Below are positions 13,801-26,348 of a stretch of 64,000 nt of DNA, in pieces (within the stretch, counting starts at the first letter, position 1; each line of letters starts with the position of its first letter). Both the position numbers and the translations under genes were made by a program. Below the pieces are notes generated by a model. That model was not told where the DNA came from and did not search any database. It saw only the letters and a list, made by a program, of their open reading frames with translations. The DNA is from Entomortierella parvispora E1425 (taxonomy: Eukaryota > Fungi > Mortierellomycota). The DNA lies in NCBI GenBank assembly GCA_020891255.1, contig BQFW01000007.1, forward strand, positions 1,860,001 to 1,924,000, read 5' to 3'.

Positions 13801-14750
13801 ATACGCAGACAGCCAGAGGCCACCCAGCCAACTCGCCCGCGCATATTTCAGGGGTCAGTCAAAATAGGGGAAGCAGAGAAACAGACCCAGGATGGTCATG
13901 GATGACGATGTTGGCGTGTGTTCCTCTGCACAGCATGGCGACAGGCAATGCTCGTGATGTCCTTTTAGGAAGTTGGAAAGAGACTACCAGAAAAGAGGGG
14001 AGAGAGCAAGAACAAGGAGGGACCCGGAAAAACGGCTAGAAGAAACATGGTGTCGCCCAGAGAGTCACAAGGACGTCTTACCTCTTGTCTGTCCTTCAGC
14101 GTCAGGGGCTCGATGTCGCTCTCGTCCTCCTCTTCCTCGTTCATGTTGTAGTCGATAGAGTGTCGGTCCTGACCTTCATAGTCTCGTCCATCGTACTCAT
14201 CATCGGGGTTCACTCGGACAGATCGCCTCGAGTTGGCTCGACGCATGTTGTTGTAGAGAGGTCGAGAGTCTGCAAGTTCGTCCGAGATGTCATTGGAACT
14301 TTCATCTTCTTCCTCAATATCGGACGATCGGTTGTTTCGACGGATAGAAGATCGTGTCGACGCTGTCCTTCGGATTTGTTGAGGTCGTCGTCGGTATCCT
14401 GTACTGCTACTGGAGCTGGGAGGTCCTGCGGTGGAATGTCGGTAAGAGCCCGTCGACTTTGGTCGTCGAGAACCGGGGACGGAGGCATTGGAGGCACTGG
14501 AGGGCATGCGGATGGCCGAAGGGCGGCCACCGTACGAGGATGAGACTGGGTCGGATGGTGTTGGTTGATGCTGGTACTTGACGGTTGTGTTGGAGGAGTT
14601 GGAGTCAACAGAGTTGATGGAGACACGCCTGGGATCGGCAGGTTGGGATGGGGTGACGGGAGTCTCTGCGACAGGTGAGTCTGTGGCGGCGATCTCGAGC
14701 TCGAGATGCTCCAGATCAGCACTGTTGTTATCAGCCCTGGAGTGGGACAT
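10886..14750 (-). CDS. VNX1: Vacuolar cation/H+ exchanger (CaCA family with YccF-type N-terminal region), Vnx1-like
   Basis: INHTHPFGLPLWKPALYKKSRSV, TLIFGWWLSL, alpha-1 repeat LGAVINATFGSIIE, alpha-2 repeat LVPNVTEFMNAISFAMYGNIALSMEIGSAYALQVCLIQIP, EGKSNYFKGSILIL. Multi-exon; ATG at 14750. Confidence 0.9.
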
Positions 14751-15430
14751 GGCCAAAGGGAGATGAGCGTCAAAGGTCCTTGTCTGTGAGTAAAAGGTGA
14801 AGAAGGTGGGGGGGAAACACAGACAGAAAGGAGGGATCAGACAGAAGCAGGACGTGGGAGGGAAACGAAAAGAAGGAGGGAAGAAAGGAAGAAGGGACGA
14901 AAGGAAGAAGGACGAAAGAAAAGTGAAGAGAAAAGATAAAAGAGATTGTCCTGCCATGCAACCACACCCTTACTTGGTCTTATGCCTGCCTGACCAGGGA
15001 CAGCCCCTGTGGACAAACCAAACACACACACAGGGCCACGACGTGCTGCGGGGTGCAAGTCATTATGCACACAGAGCAAGCAGCGACCAAGGGTGAGGAG
15101 AGAGCAAGAGAAGGGAGGACTGAAGGGAAGAGGAAGGTAGAAAGGGCAAGGAAGGAGCAGAGAAGGAGATGAAAGAGTCGACGCGTCCATCGATTTATCT
15201 CAGTGCGCTTTTTTGCTCATCGCGTCCATGCCGAGAAAGCCCTCTTTTCGCTTCTTTCTTTCGTTTGTCCGCTCCTTTGTTCGTTCTTGTGCCTCTCTGC
15301 CCGTCAGTCCATTGCATCGCCGTTGTAAAGGCAGGCTGTTCTCTTCTCCTTCCCATCTTTTCTTCTGCACCCTTCACCCTTCTCTTTCTTTCCCCACTCT
15401 CCTCTCGCTCTCCATTCTCACCAACACCCA

Positions 15431-18400
15431 ATGCTGCTCCAGCAGGTCTGCCCTGGAAAGACATGCGCGTCCCTACAGAGTATCCACTCTGTCAGCTATA
15501 GCTCGCGGCGGTACATTGTACGTTTCTCTTCTCATGCAGGACTGGAGGGATAGTAGGAGGATAGCAGCAGCAGCATTTAGAGTCGACATTGGTCTCATTT
15601 TCTTCATTTTTGCTCTTCAACAGTTGTACGCAGCTACAGATTCGGTAGTCATCTGTGACGCCTCCTTCAAGCCGATCCAGATCTTGTTCCTCCAGGGCGA
15701 TGTGCCAGAGGAGCAGAACCAGATTGTGTCTGCCGTAGTCATGTCTGGTTATGACGGCAAGGCAAGTCATTCTCGCCCAACAACACCTGCAGGCATGCAT
15801 GCAGCATGCACACACTCCCGCCAATGACTGACAGACTGACCGCATCCTTTCACTCAGATCGCAGTCACGACCCGCCATCGCGTTCTGGTCTACGCGCCAG
15901 CGAACGCCGTTGTGGACGGAGAGAAGGTAACCATCCGCCGCGTTGTTTTTCTCATGGCCACTGGGCCGGAATATGTACTCAAGTGCGCCTTCTGCCTGCC
16001 TCTTCCCCTCTCCTTGCCTGTCATCCGATAGATTGACGCCTGGGCGCTGCACGCCACCCTCGACTGTGAGGGCGTCACGTCCTTGAGCTGGAGGAATGAC
16101 GGTTAGTAACATGCACCTCTGCGCGTGCTTGTAAGCATCAGCTCGCCCGAGGACGAAAAGTGAAGCTCATTTCCGCCTTTGTGATGCTGATAGGTCATCT
16201 TCTTACCGGCGGGCTTGATCTCACTCTCTGGGAGCAGCAGCCAGGCAAATGGACAAAATTGTGGCATCAACGGTAACGCCGATGGAAGGCTCGACCCAGT
16301 CGTATCATTTAATGTTGGTATCAAAGAGAATCCATGCCTAAATATCTATTGTATACGTGTATAGGCAAGCATCATGTGTTGACCTCATCCAGTTTTCTCC
16401 GGATGGCAAGTTGTTTGCATCCATGACCAAGGTAACTTTCGCAGCTCAAAGTCAATATGTTTCCTTTGCCCGATTATAGTCTCCATCTAACATCCTGTCC
16501 TTCATCAGAATGATAGGCTTGTTAAAATCTGGAACGAAGAGCCAGGTATTGCCCTCGACTGCTTGGTATTTATTTGGGAGGGATATAGTACATGGAGGCA
16601 CAGCTTAACTCCTGTCCTCTTTCATCATTCTAGGCGCAAGAAATACCTTTGGGTTCTTCTATCTGCCGCATCCAAGGGCGGTAACAAACTTTTCGTGGCG
16701 CAAAGAGAAGGCGAGCTCAAAGTATGGCAGAACAGTGCCTTTTTTTTCTCTCTCACTCTTGATATGGGTGTTTCAGGGCCAGGAGCGTTTTTTAACAAAT
16801 ACCTTTGTACCCAATATAGTTCATCGGATCCGCAGATCAACATTATTTTCACTATGGCGCGGGATGGCATCTGTCGCATCTGGTCGCCTCTTATTTTGCT
16901 CCAGCCTGAATCAATGACTATATGTGCAATTATTGACCCGAATCAATGGCTGGTGTCACAACAGCAATGCATTGCTCAATACCCAATTCATGCCATAGAC
17001 GGGATGGAGTTTGCCATGGCTGTAGAACACGCCGCGAGCAAAACCAACGAGAAAAACAATGACGCCAACAGCATCAGGCTTCGGAAACTAAAGGAGTTAG
17101 TCAGGGACACGTCGGATCTTTTTTTTCAGATCCAAGGTGATGGGTCCATGGTGATTTGGGGGGTCCAGGTAGAGTTGACACATTATTGATAACTAACCGG
17201 TGAAGACCTTTCTGCTTCATTGCTCCGATGACTGACAAAGTTGTTTTTTGTCATAGAACTTGGGACAAGTGCCTCAGCGGTTACCAAAGGTACTTCTCGT
17301 TCTTCGAATGTCACAATCCGTCAGTCCTCTGGAGACTGCATTCTTCATGAAGAATATCATTGCATATCATGATACCACCGTAGCCAGGTCCCGAGGTGAG
17401 TAGACGCTCTGGATTTCGTCTTTTTTGTTTATTGGTTTACATGGTATCAAAAGGCTAAAGTTTTCGATTCTTTGTACAGGTTCCCCGGCAGACGTTGTCA
17501 TTGTTGGCCAAAGTCATGAAGGTCGTGTCAGTTGCTTTTCTGTAAATATGATGGAACTGTTCGACAGTGGAAGCTCACTGGCTGGTCTTAGCCTGAGACA
17601 GTCATGGACTGGGCAACAGAGTCGCATCAAAGCTATCGTGAAGGACCATCGTCAGCTATGCTTTACCTCATTTGGCGATTTGGGTGACATCTCTCTCTGG
17701 AAGCTAAAAACACCAAGGGTAACCAGATGTACCATCCTGTTTGACATCCAGTATTAGCAGCCCGAACTATATATTAACATCGAACACCAGTTTGGACATA
17801 GAGTCGCTGCTGGACTGGTAGAGATAGGATCATTGCCGATAGGATCCAGAGATGTGCGTTTAGTGACACCTGCCTGGGAAGGTAAGCTCAACTCTGCGGC
17901 GCTCGATGTCCTGTTACTCAAGACTCCCAAGATTCCGGAAAATAACCGTTAACTTTCTATGTGATTAGGTGGATCTTTCATGATATATGATGGTCAACGC
18001 GTCACCCTCTTTACCGCAGACGACAACGCTGAATGCACTCCTACGTTAGATCTGCCAGACTACGACCCCAACTATCCTTTGATGCTTCTGGATTCGTTCG
18101 AAATCCCTTATCTAGTGGAGCTGGACGGACCATCAGGAAAGACCACAGACGTGGCTTGGAGACGGTATATCCTTGGATTTAGTGCCACAAACAATACCGC
18201 TTTCACTTGGAGACGAACAGAGCAAGGAACCCCTATCCTCTTTTCCAAGGAGCACCTGCCGCCGTCTGAAGTGACGCATGCTGTCACAGTCGAGTCCTTT
18301 GCGGGCACGTTGCCAAAATCTCTGCACTCGACGCACGTGAACGTGTTTGCTACATATTCTGAAGAGGACGCCAATATCTCATACTGGGAGTGTGGGCATG

Positions 18401-19326
18401 ACTTTCACGCCCACAAAGATGAGAAGCTTTGGCAGAGGGCGGAGCGTATTCCCACCAAGAGTGGTTTGAAGTTTTTCCAGTGCGGAGCAAATGGAAAATT
18501 GGCATTAGGTAAGGTAGAACCTGCACATGGCTTCACTTTTGTCCTAGCTTTGCTAATCCTGATACCCTTTGTTGTAACCAGTCTACGACAACAGCGACGG
18601 AACATGCGACTTGGAGATCTGGGGATCTGTAGGAGGCAGAGCCACGGGACGAATGGAGACATCATTCCGTCGATTGGAGCCAATCTTTGACTTGGATTGG
18701 ATGGTCACAGCTGATGCCAGACACAATTTGGCAGTGGCTTTTAGGAATACAGTCGCCATGTACTCGCAGCAGCGGACGGAAACCGTGACGAGTCCACCAA
18801 TTTGGATGCGATTCCTGAACATTGATATCCCAAAGTTCATTAATCACCCCATCTCGGCTATTGCCTGGCTTGACATGGGCACACTATCGGTTGGGGCTGG
18901 AGGAACGATGCTACTGTACAGCAAGTGGCTCAGTGAGGATTACACTACCCTTGTACCAGGATTTGAAGATCTGTCAACTTCGCCTACGCTGCAACAAGCT
19001 CTTGCGGTCATGCATGGGCCATTGGTCGACTATCATCCAAACTTGCTAGTCGAGTTTTTCATGTGGGGTAAGAATGTACATGAATATGGCCATGGCAAAC
19101 ATAGCCCTTGTGCAATGATCTAATCGTAAGAATGTATTTGCTACTGTGATTTCAATTAGGCAAATTTGAGGTTGTTCGCAAGATTCTGTTCAACCTGTAT
19201 CACTATATGAGCTATGTGAATGAGAATAGCGACACTAGCACCGGTCCGCTGCCAATTCCTCTTGAAGTGATTCTGAAAACAGACGTGGTAGGGGTCCTCT
19301 TTATCTCAATGCCATGACTTTTTGTC

Positions 19327-19359
<33 letters not shown>

Positions 19360-22300
19360 GGGAAAATTTCCTGAGTTGACGTGCTCCTTTGTCCTCGATA
19401 GGCAGCCAAGTCTATGAAAGCAAATCATACCGATCTGTTTGCGAGCAGTGCCGATTATAACAGGTAAGAAGGGGTGTAAATAATAGTTCACTTTTGACGC
19501 CGCCGTCGCCTGTCTAATTGTACCCCCGTATCATGTCTGAATAGTGACGATGAAAGCAAGTTCTTGACAGAAAGAACTGCTCAGGAGATGATTGAGTTTC
19601 TCACTCGAATTTCACTCGTTGGACTTTCCAAGACTGCTCAGCTCCACCTCACTGCCTTTATCGAAGGGTTTGCCAAGGTATTTGCTGTACATTGGATGAT
19701 AATTGCACCCACTGCAATCACCCTACTAACCTGTGATTCCGATGCACATAGATTGATGGCCAACATGACACCATTGATGATAACGGTCTACGATTCCTGA
19801 TGTTTGTCAGGCGCTTCAATTATCTCTCCTACATCTTGCCTCCAGCCCTCAGACCCACAATGCTTAATTACCGCGACATCACCTGGGCGTATCATAGCGA
19901 GTCTCAGGTATTTACATTTCAAGTCTATTACTTTGAACTAATAGTATGTTTCTTCATTTGTTTTCTGACTTGATGATTGACTAAATTGCTAGGACCTGTT
20001 GCTGGATTACTGCACAAACTCTTTGAAAACTCCAATGACTTGGGTTGAAGCAAAATCTTTGGGATTGTTCCTTTGGATGCGCAAAAAGGAGACTGTCGTA
20101 AGTTCAAAGAACGTATGACCTGTGTGTGTACGTTCATTCTCACAAGTATTGACGAGGCCAACGTTTCTAGACCAAGCAAATGGAAGTCATTGCAAGGAAT
20201 CAATACATGGGAAAGGATGGCAAGGATCCTGTGGCGTGCTCGCTATTCTATATTGCTCTGAAGAAGAAAAAACTTCTTCATGGACTCTGGAGGACCTCTC
20301 ATGGCCATACCGAACAAGCCAAAATGATCATTTTCTTGGCCAACGATTTTGAAACTGATCGGTGGAGGACAGCTGCGCTGAAGAATGCCTTTGCTCTCTT
20401 GGGAAAGCAACGTTTCGGTAAGCGAACAGGTCCTTGAGATTCAGTTATCTTGGGAGGGACCTGGTGCTAACCCTACCGTCTCTCATTTTAGCATATGCCG
20501 CAGCATTCTTCTTGCTGGGGAACAAACTTCAGGATGCTGTTAATGTTTGTGTGAAGCACCTCAATGATTTCCAGCTTGCCATTTCCATTTGTCGCGTTTA
20601 TGAGCAAGGTACAAAAAGGATTTTGATCGCATCCACGATACATCGACACAACTACTCCGGAATGACATATTGCTGACATCTTTTATTCTCTCAAAATCAA
20701 AAGAGGAGCGAGGACCAGTTTTAACTCAGTTATTACAAGACTTGGTGGCGACAACCCCTGACCCATGGCTTCGCAGCATGTTCCACTCAATGCTTGGTCA
20801 GTCGTCAGATGCCATCCATGTTACTTTGGTAAGTTGACTCTTTGTCGTGGTTTTAATTGGAGTATTGTTGCGATCAACGTTCTAAGACTATTGTCTGTTC
20901 TGCAATAGGCCGGATGTCCCTCAGAGGATGCCATGGTAGATGCCGAATCTGAATCGCGACGGGATCCTTCTCTACTCATCCTTTATCGTCATTTACGCGA
21001 TAAGACCCTGAGTGCATCCAGCTACGAAGGAGATGAAGAATTTTCGGCCGTAGTCCGTGCCGCAGAAGCCTATGAACACTACGGATGCCCCTTGCTGAGC
21101 TTGGTGATCTTGAAACACTGGGGCTATGTCATGCCTGTGGACCACTCTAGTCGAAAGACACGGGAAGTTCGAAACATTTTGGAGGTCAGGAGAGATAGCA
21201 TTGCCAGTCTTCCGAAATCAACGAGCATGTCATTTATGGGCGCCGGTGGTCTCCGACCCAGCGAGTCCTCCAACAATCTCGAGACGGGACGCATCAACCT
21301 GGATGACTTTGCCTCCAACAAAAAACCGAAAGACGCCACAATAACGGAATCCCCTGTGTCGAGTGGAATGTCCTTGATGGGCGGGTTTAGGAGCGTCGCA
21401 CCACCTTCGAATGTTGATAGCGGGACCTTCGATGTTGACAGTTTTGGGGGTTCCAACAAGCAACAAAATGGGGGTCCATTGGATTCTCCAAAGGCAACAA
21501 GCATGTCGTTCATGGGCGGCTTCAAATCTTCTGAACCTGCGCCAGAGGTTGGAAGTGGGCTTTTGGATTTTGACAGTTTTGGATCCACGAACAGAAAGCA
21601 GAATGGAGGCTCTGCACTAAAGCCCACCGGCATGTCGCTGATGGGTGGGTTGAAACCTGCAGCCCCGAACGGAAACATTGACAGTGGCATGCTCGACTTT
21701 GACTCTTTTGGATCCATGGGCAAAAAGCCCACATCAAAGAGCCAGAGCAAGGATATCTTTGCAGACTTTGCGCCTCCATCGGATGACGGACTTCACAATG
21801 GCGCCAAGGAAGCCAAGGATCTATCTGAGGAGGAAGACAAGGTCCGAGGAACTGAAGAGCTGTTGAACGATTACATCACAACACTCGTGGTGCAGCTCCT
21901 GACGGTAAGAATACAATTGCTTTTTTGGCCATTTTTCTTAAATTAGTCTTGCTCACTGCCGTTGCCCTTTCCCACCGCAGCCGATGGCGTCAGCCCTGCG
22001 CACAGTTTCACTCAAACCTGAGTTGCTGGTGACGCCTGTCTTTCAAGGATATGTTCAAAATATCAAATACGGCTGGGATAAACTCTCAGAGCATGCCAAT
22101 GTTTCGAGCGTTGTAATGGAGCAAGCCCTTATCTCCAAGTGCATCGAGGTTGACACGCTAGCCGTTTGTTTCCACTGGCTGAACACGACTATGAGCACTG
22201 GCTCTCCCTTATCGGCCATTGTATCTCATTACTCAGAATCGTGCTATTCTATGGTCGGAATTGTGCTTACTGAACGTCTCACGAACTGCATGAAATCTCA

Positions 22301-25149
22301 CATCAAAGAATACGCAAGGTAAGCGCGCTTGAATGCGTTCAATCCCATTTCCAGACATAGACTCTTGACTGACCAAATTCGTTGATCTCTAGGAGCGTTT
22401 TGGAATCATCGAGCGAATGGTTCAACCTTGCGAAAACGGTGATCAAGATGGAACTTGCTCTTCCACGATGGGAACAAATGGTACTGGCAAGCTACATCAT
22501 GCTCGTGATGATGGCTTTGCAGGAAAGGGACTATGCGGTCTTGGCAGGAATGCTCTTTCAGTGGAGGCGCTTTAGTGGATTCGTCGTGGGCGATCGTGGC
22601 GGGGCCGTTAAGGTCATTGCCGAGGTTCTTGGAGGAAAACTGTACTCTGTAAGTAACGATAGCCTGGAACAAGATGGGTGTAAGCTGTCCATGGACTAAC
22701 CAAGTGCCTTTTTGAATTCACTCGGTCCATCTATCCAGCCGCTGGATACCAGCGCAATTTCATCCGACACTGCAAGCCAAAAGTCTGGGAAATCAGAGAG
22801 AGAAACCTTGCAGGAACTGTTGTTAAATGCTGCTACCACCAACGCCTTGGTCATGAGCTTGGAGGGACTCCTTCGCGAGCACGGGCACAGAATGTCTGGT
22901 ATGATGTTTGACTTTTACACTCGAGATAAACGGGCACAGCTGAGACCTTGGCTGACACTTCGAATGGTTTTACGGAATAGATGACACTAGGAAATTCATC
23001 ACAAGTTCTTTCTTGGATCGGCTGACCCGCTCTGGCATCGAACAAGAGCAGGATGTCATAGTGCTTATGAAAAACTCGCCTTTACAAGATCATCTGCGTG
23101 GATATCTCAGTAGCTGGCAAAAGAAGTACTGGGTTCTCCTGAGCGGGCTGGAGAGTGGAGGCCACCTTTTGCCACTCGTAGCAACTTTCTTGGTAAGCTG
23201 TCAAAGCCATGCTGTCATCTCTGCACGATCAGCAACCTGAAGTTCTGTTACTAACTCTTGATCGTATACTCTCATTCTACTAGGAATCTCATCGTCAATG
23301 CAGAGATTCGCCACCAGCGCCAGTGGAGGACACGTCGTTATTGTTCAAGTCTCGCTCCGTGACCACATCGTTCTCGTTCAACCCTGTAAGCCACCATACC
23401 CCTTGGAAGAACACTTGAAGTTGTTCTTTATGAAAATTCAAATGCTAACAATATAATGGGCTGTGTAGGTTGACAAACGTATTGTCGCAGTTTGCTCGAG
23501 GACAGAGATAAGCGAAATCGACATTTCTAAGACGGTGGATTTCCAGAAGGTGAGCCACTGCACCTCTCTTTTTTCAACTTTTCAACATGAGTACTGAAGG
23601 GGTCTTTTACTAACTAATTTTGGCTGCTCAGAATCTCCACGCCATGGATGCGGATCATAGCGATATGGACTCGGATATTGAGCTTGATGACGAGGACGTT
23701 GACGAGGGCGACTTTTTGGATGCCCAAGGAAATATCATTGATCGCTCTGTCAACAATTCTAAGCCTCCGAGCGTTGTTGCCACTGAGAGCTCAGAAGAGA
23801 ACATCAGTCGCGTGGGAAGTCATGTCAGTCTTCAGAGCGTATTTAAGAACCTGTTCACGGCCAAGGGTAGTCGAAATGTCACCCCCGATCCAGGTCATTC
23901 ACATCACCACACCTTGGGGCAATCCGTGACAGAGGCAAACCTCAGGCGATCCCAAGGATTGGGCCATACTAATTTGACAGCAATGTCTGGTGCAGGACGA
24001 GCAGCAGCTGAGCCTGATAATCTTGTTGTGAGACCGGACATCCTTGCAACCTGCTCAGAGAGTCACCCCAGCTTCCCACTCTATCTAACAGGACATAACC
24101 CTGCGCTGGGGTATCCCTGCGTGAACCTTTGGCAGTATGGGCAATCCAAGGAGCTTAACAATTATACTGGAACGAGCGCCAAGATAACAAAGTAAGTTGT
24201 ACCAGGAAGCAAAGCTTCGAGTGAGGCAAGACTGAAGGTCGAGGACTGTATCTCAATTTTTTTTTTTTTTTTTTGTCAATTTTTAGGATCCACTTTGATT
24301 CCTATGGGCAGAAATTTGGAGCAACAGACACCAAAGGAGACGTACACCTCTGGCGTTTCGACTCGAATACCATCGGTTCGAAACCATTCCTTTCGTTGAG
24401 CTGTCATGACAAGATTGCGCGCGACTTTGCGTTCTTGGGCTCTAGCAGTGTTCTTGCGACGACTGGCACAGCGGGTGATGGAAAGAATGTGGCGATTTGG
24501 GATACATTGTTACCAAAACAAAAGGCGCAGACACATTCGTACAAGGTCCACGACCGAGGCGGAGGATACTCGCTTGCATTCTCAAAACGACATCAGCTCT
24601 TGGTCTCTGGAGGTCGCAACGGAGAGATCTGTAAGATTCCCCCATGTTTTTTGGTATCTCACCCTCAGTGTCCAAATAACTCGAAACTAACGCTCAATCA
24701 TATATTAGGTATTTTTGATATCCGACAACCGAAGCTGTTGCATACGATCCAAGCGCACGAGATGCATGTTCGATCACTCTACATTGACGAGGCTGGATTG
24801 GCACTGTGCTCGGGATCAGGCGAGGGAGATATGAAGGTAAACCACTCGCGCTCTAGACCGCCAATAGCCGTGCAGAGATGGATCAACAAAGTCATGCAGA
24901 GATGAGTACATGGCACTGACAAGAGATATATCATTCGTTCCATAGGTATGGGACTTGGAGACATTTGCACAGCTATCGACGTTTGAGAATCTTCAGGCAC
25001 GAAATCGATTCCAGTTGCAGACGTTCGACCGAATCCCCGTCAAGGCCTACGGAGTGGCTCAGATTGCAGCTCAGGATGACTACTACTACACATGTGGACC
25101 GACAGGCTTCCTGCGGGCTAAGAAGCATGAAAAGAGCACCAATGCATAA
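15431..25149 (+). CDS. RAV1: RAVE subunit Rav1 / DmX-like (Rabconnectin-3alpha-like) WD40 protein, more than 20 exons
   Basis: N-terminus MLLQQVCPG resembles the DMXL MxLHQVLTG start. Rav1p_C motif FLANDFETDRWRTAALKNAFALLGKQRF|AYAAAFFLLG. C-terminal WD40 propeller (IHFDSYGQKFGATDTKGDVHLW, NVAIWDTLLP, LLVSGGRNGEI, GSGEGDMK). Confidence 0.9.
21227..21712 (+). repeat. Four degenerate in-frame repeats of about 35-42 aa inside the RAV1-like gene (MSxMGG...SGxxDxDSFG)
   Basis: Translation of ORF 20933-21946 shows SMSFMG..TGRINLDDF, GMSLMGG..SGTFDVDSFG, SMSFMGG..SGLLDFDSFG and GMSLMGG..SGMLDFDSFG. Confidence 0.8.
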
Positions 25150-25332
25150 AAAAGCAGCAAGACGCAAGAAAAGAAAAGAATAAAAATAAAAAATATCGTG
25201 AGAAATGCGGGGCAAGGGATCCAGGGAAAAGTCGCCCCAGAAAAGACCGTTTTTTTTTTGTGTGTCTCCTTCGTTTGCTCCAACATTCATCTGACATTCT
25301 TCGACAACGACCCGTTCGTCTCTTTTCCATCA

Positions 25333-26348
25333 ATGGCATTCTCAAGGACAATCACCACTCGTCTCATCCCTCAGATTAGACAGGGCACGCTAGCTCCATG
25401 CACCGCATCCTTGTCCAGACGCGCATTGTCAACGGTGCAATCGCGACTGAGAACATGCAACAACTTGCAGGTACTTGCCGGATACACTTCCCTTTGAAGC
25501 CTCCCTCCCCTCTACCTGCCCCACTTTCCTTCTCTATCCCGATGACAGTCTGGAGACTTCAAGTTCATTGTCACTCACGGCTCTAGCTAACAGGGGAAAC
25601 ATTTATTTCATCTGCCTTCGAAATATAGACGCGCTATTGCCCGCCAGGACTGCAACCTGAGAGCAGATCGGGATCCAAGACGGCCTCCACGGGCCTCTCT
25701 TTCCGTCGTAACATTTCAACATCCTCCAGTCTTTGTCAGTCTTCTTCGTCTTCCTCTTCTTCTTCACCATCATCCCCACCCCAATTGACGCACACAGATC
25801 CCGAAACGGGCAAGGCCTCGATGGTCTCTGTCACGGACAAGGCCCCCTCCCACCGGACGGCCTTGGCCGTTTCCTCGATTTGGCTTCCGGGCTTAGCCTT
25901 TGATCTCCTGAAAAGGAACGCGCACAAGAAGGGGGATGTTTTGACAGTGGCTCAGATTGCAGGAATCCAAGCGGCGAAACAGACGTCCAACCTGATTCCA
26001 CTTTGCCATCCGCTGCTCTTGACCCATGTCTCTGTCAAACTGAAATTGGTCGAGGATGAGGAAGAGTCCCCTGTCCAGTCAGGGGCAGGAAATGAGGGAA
26101 CCTTTGGCGGATTGAAGGGTGGTCGCGTCGAAATTGAGAGTCGAGTGGCTTGTAAAGGAAACACGGGCGTGGAGATGGAGGCCTTGACAGGAGCGACCGT
26201 GGCTGCTTTGACGGTGTTTGATATGTGCAAGGCTGTTGGGAAGGATATGGTCATTGGGGAGATCAAAGTCATGGAGAAGACTGGAGGAAAGAGCGGTGTC
26301 TACAGGCATCAACAAGAGCCCTCCAAGAGACAAAGTCATGGTATTTAA
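25333..26348 (+). CDS. moaC: Cyclic pyranopterin monophosphate synthase MoaC (Cnx3/MOCS1B-like) with mitochondrial-type presequence (exons 25333-25470, 25629-26348)
   Basis: LTHTDPETGKASMVSVTDK, KKGDVLTVAQIAGIQAAKQTSNLIPLCHPL, TGVEMEALTGATVAALTVFDMCKAV, KTGGKSG. Exon 1 is Arg/Ser/Thr-rich with no acidic residues; the intron is in frame. Confidence 0.92.

Noticed and set aside
24370-24400. GGTTCGAAACC T-arm-like motif suggesting a tRNA
   Set aside because: It is inside a RAV1 coding exon and no cloverleaf or A-box is present. No tRNA or rRNA could be supported anywhere in the window.
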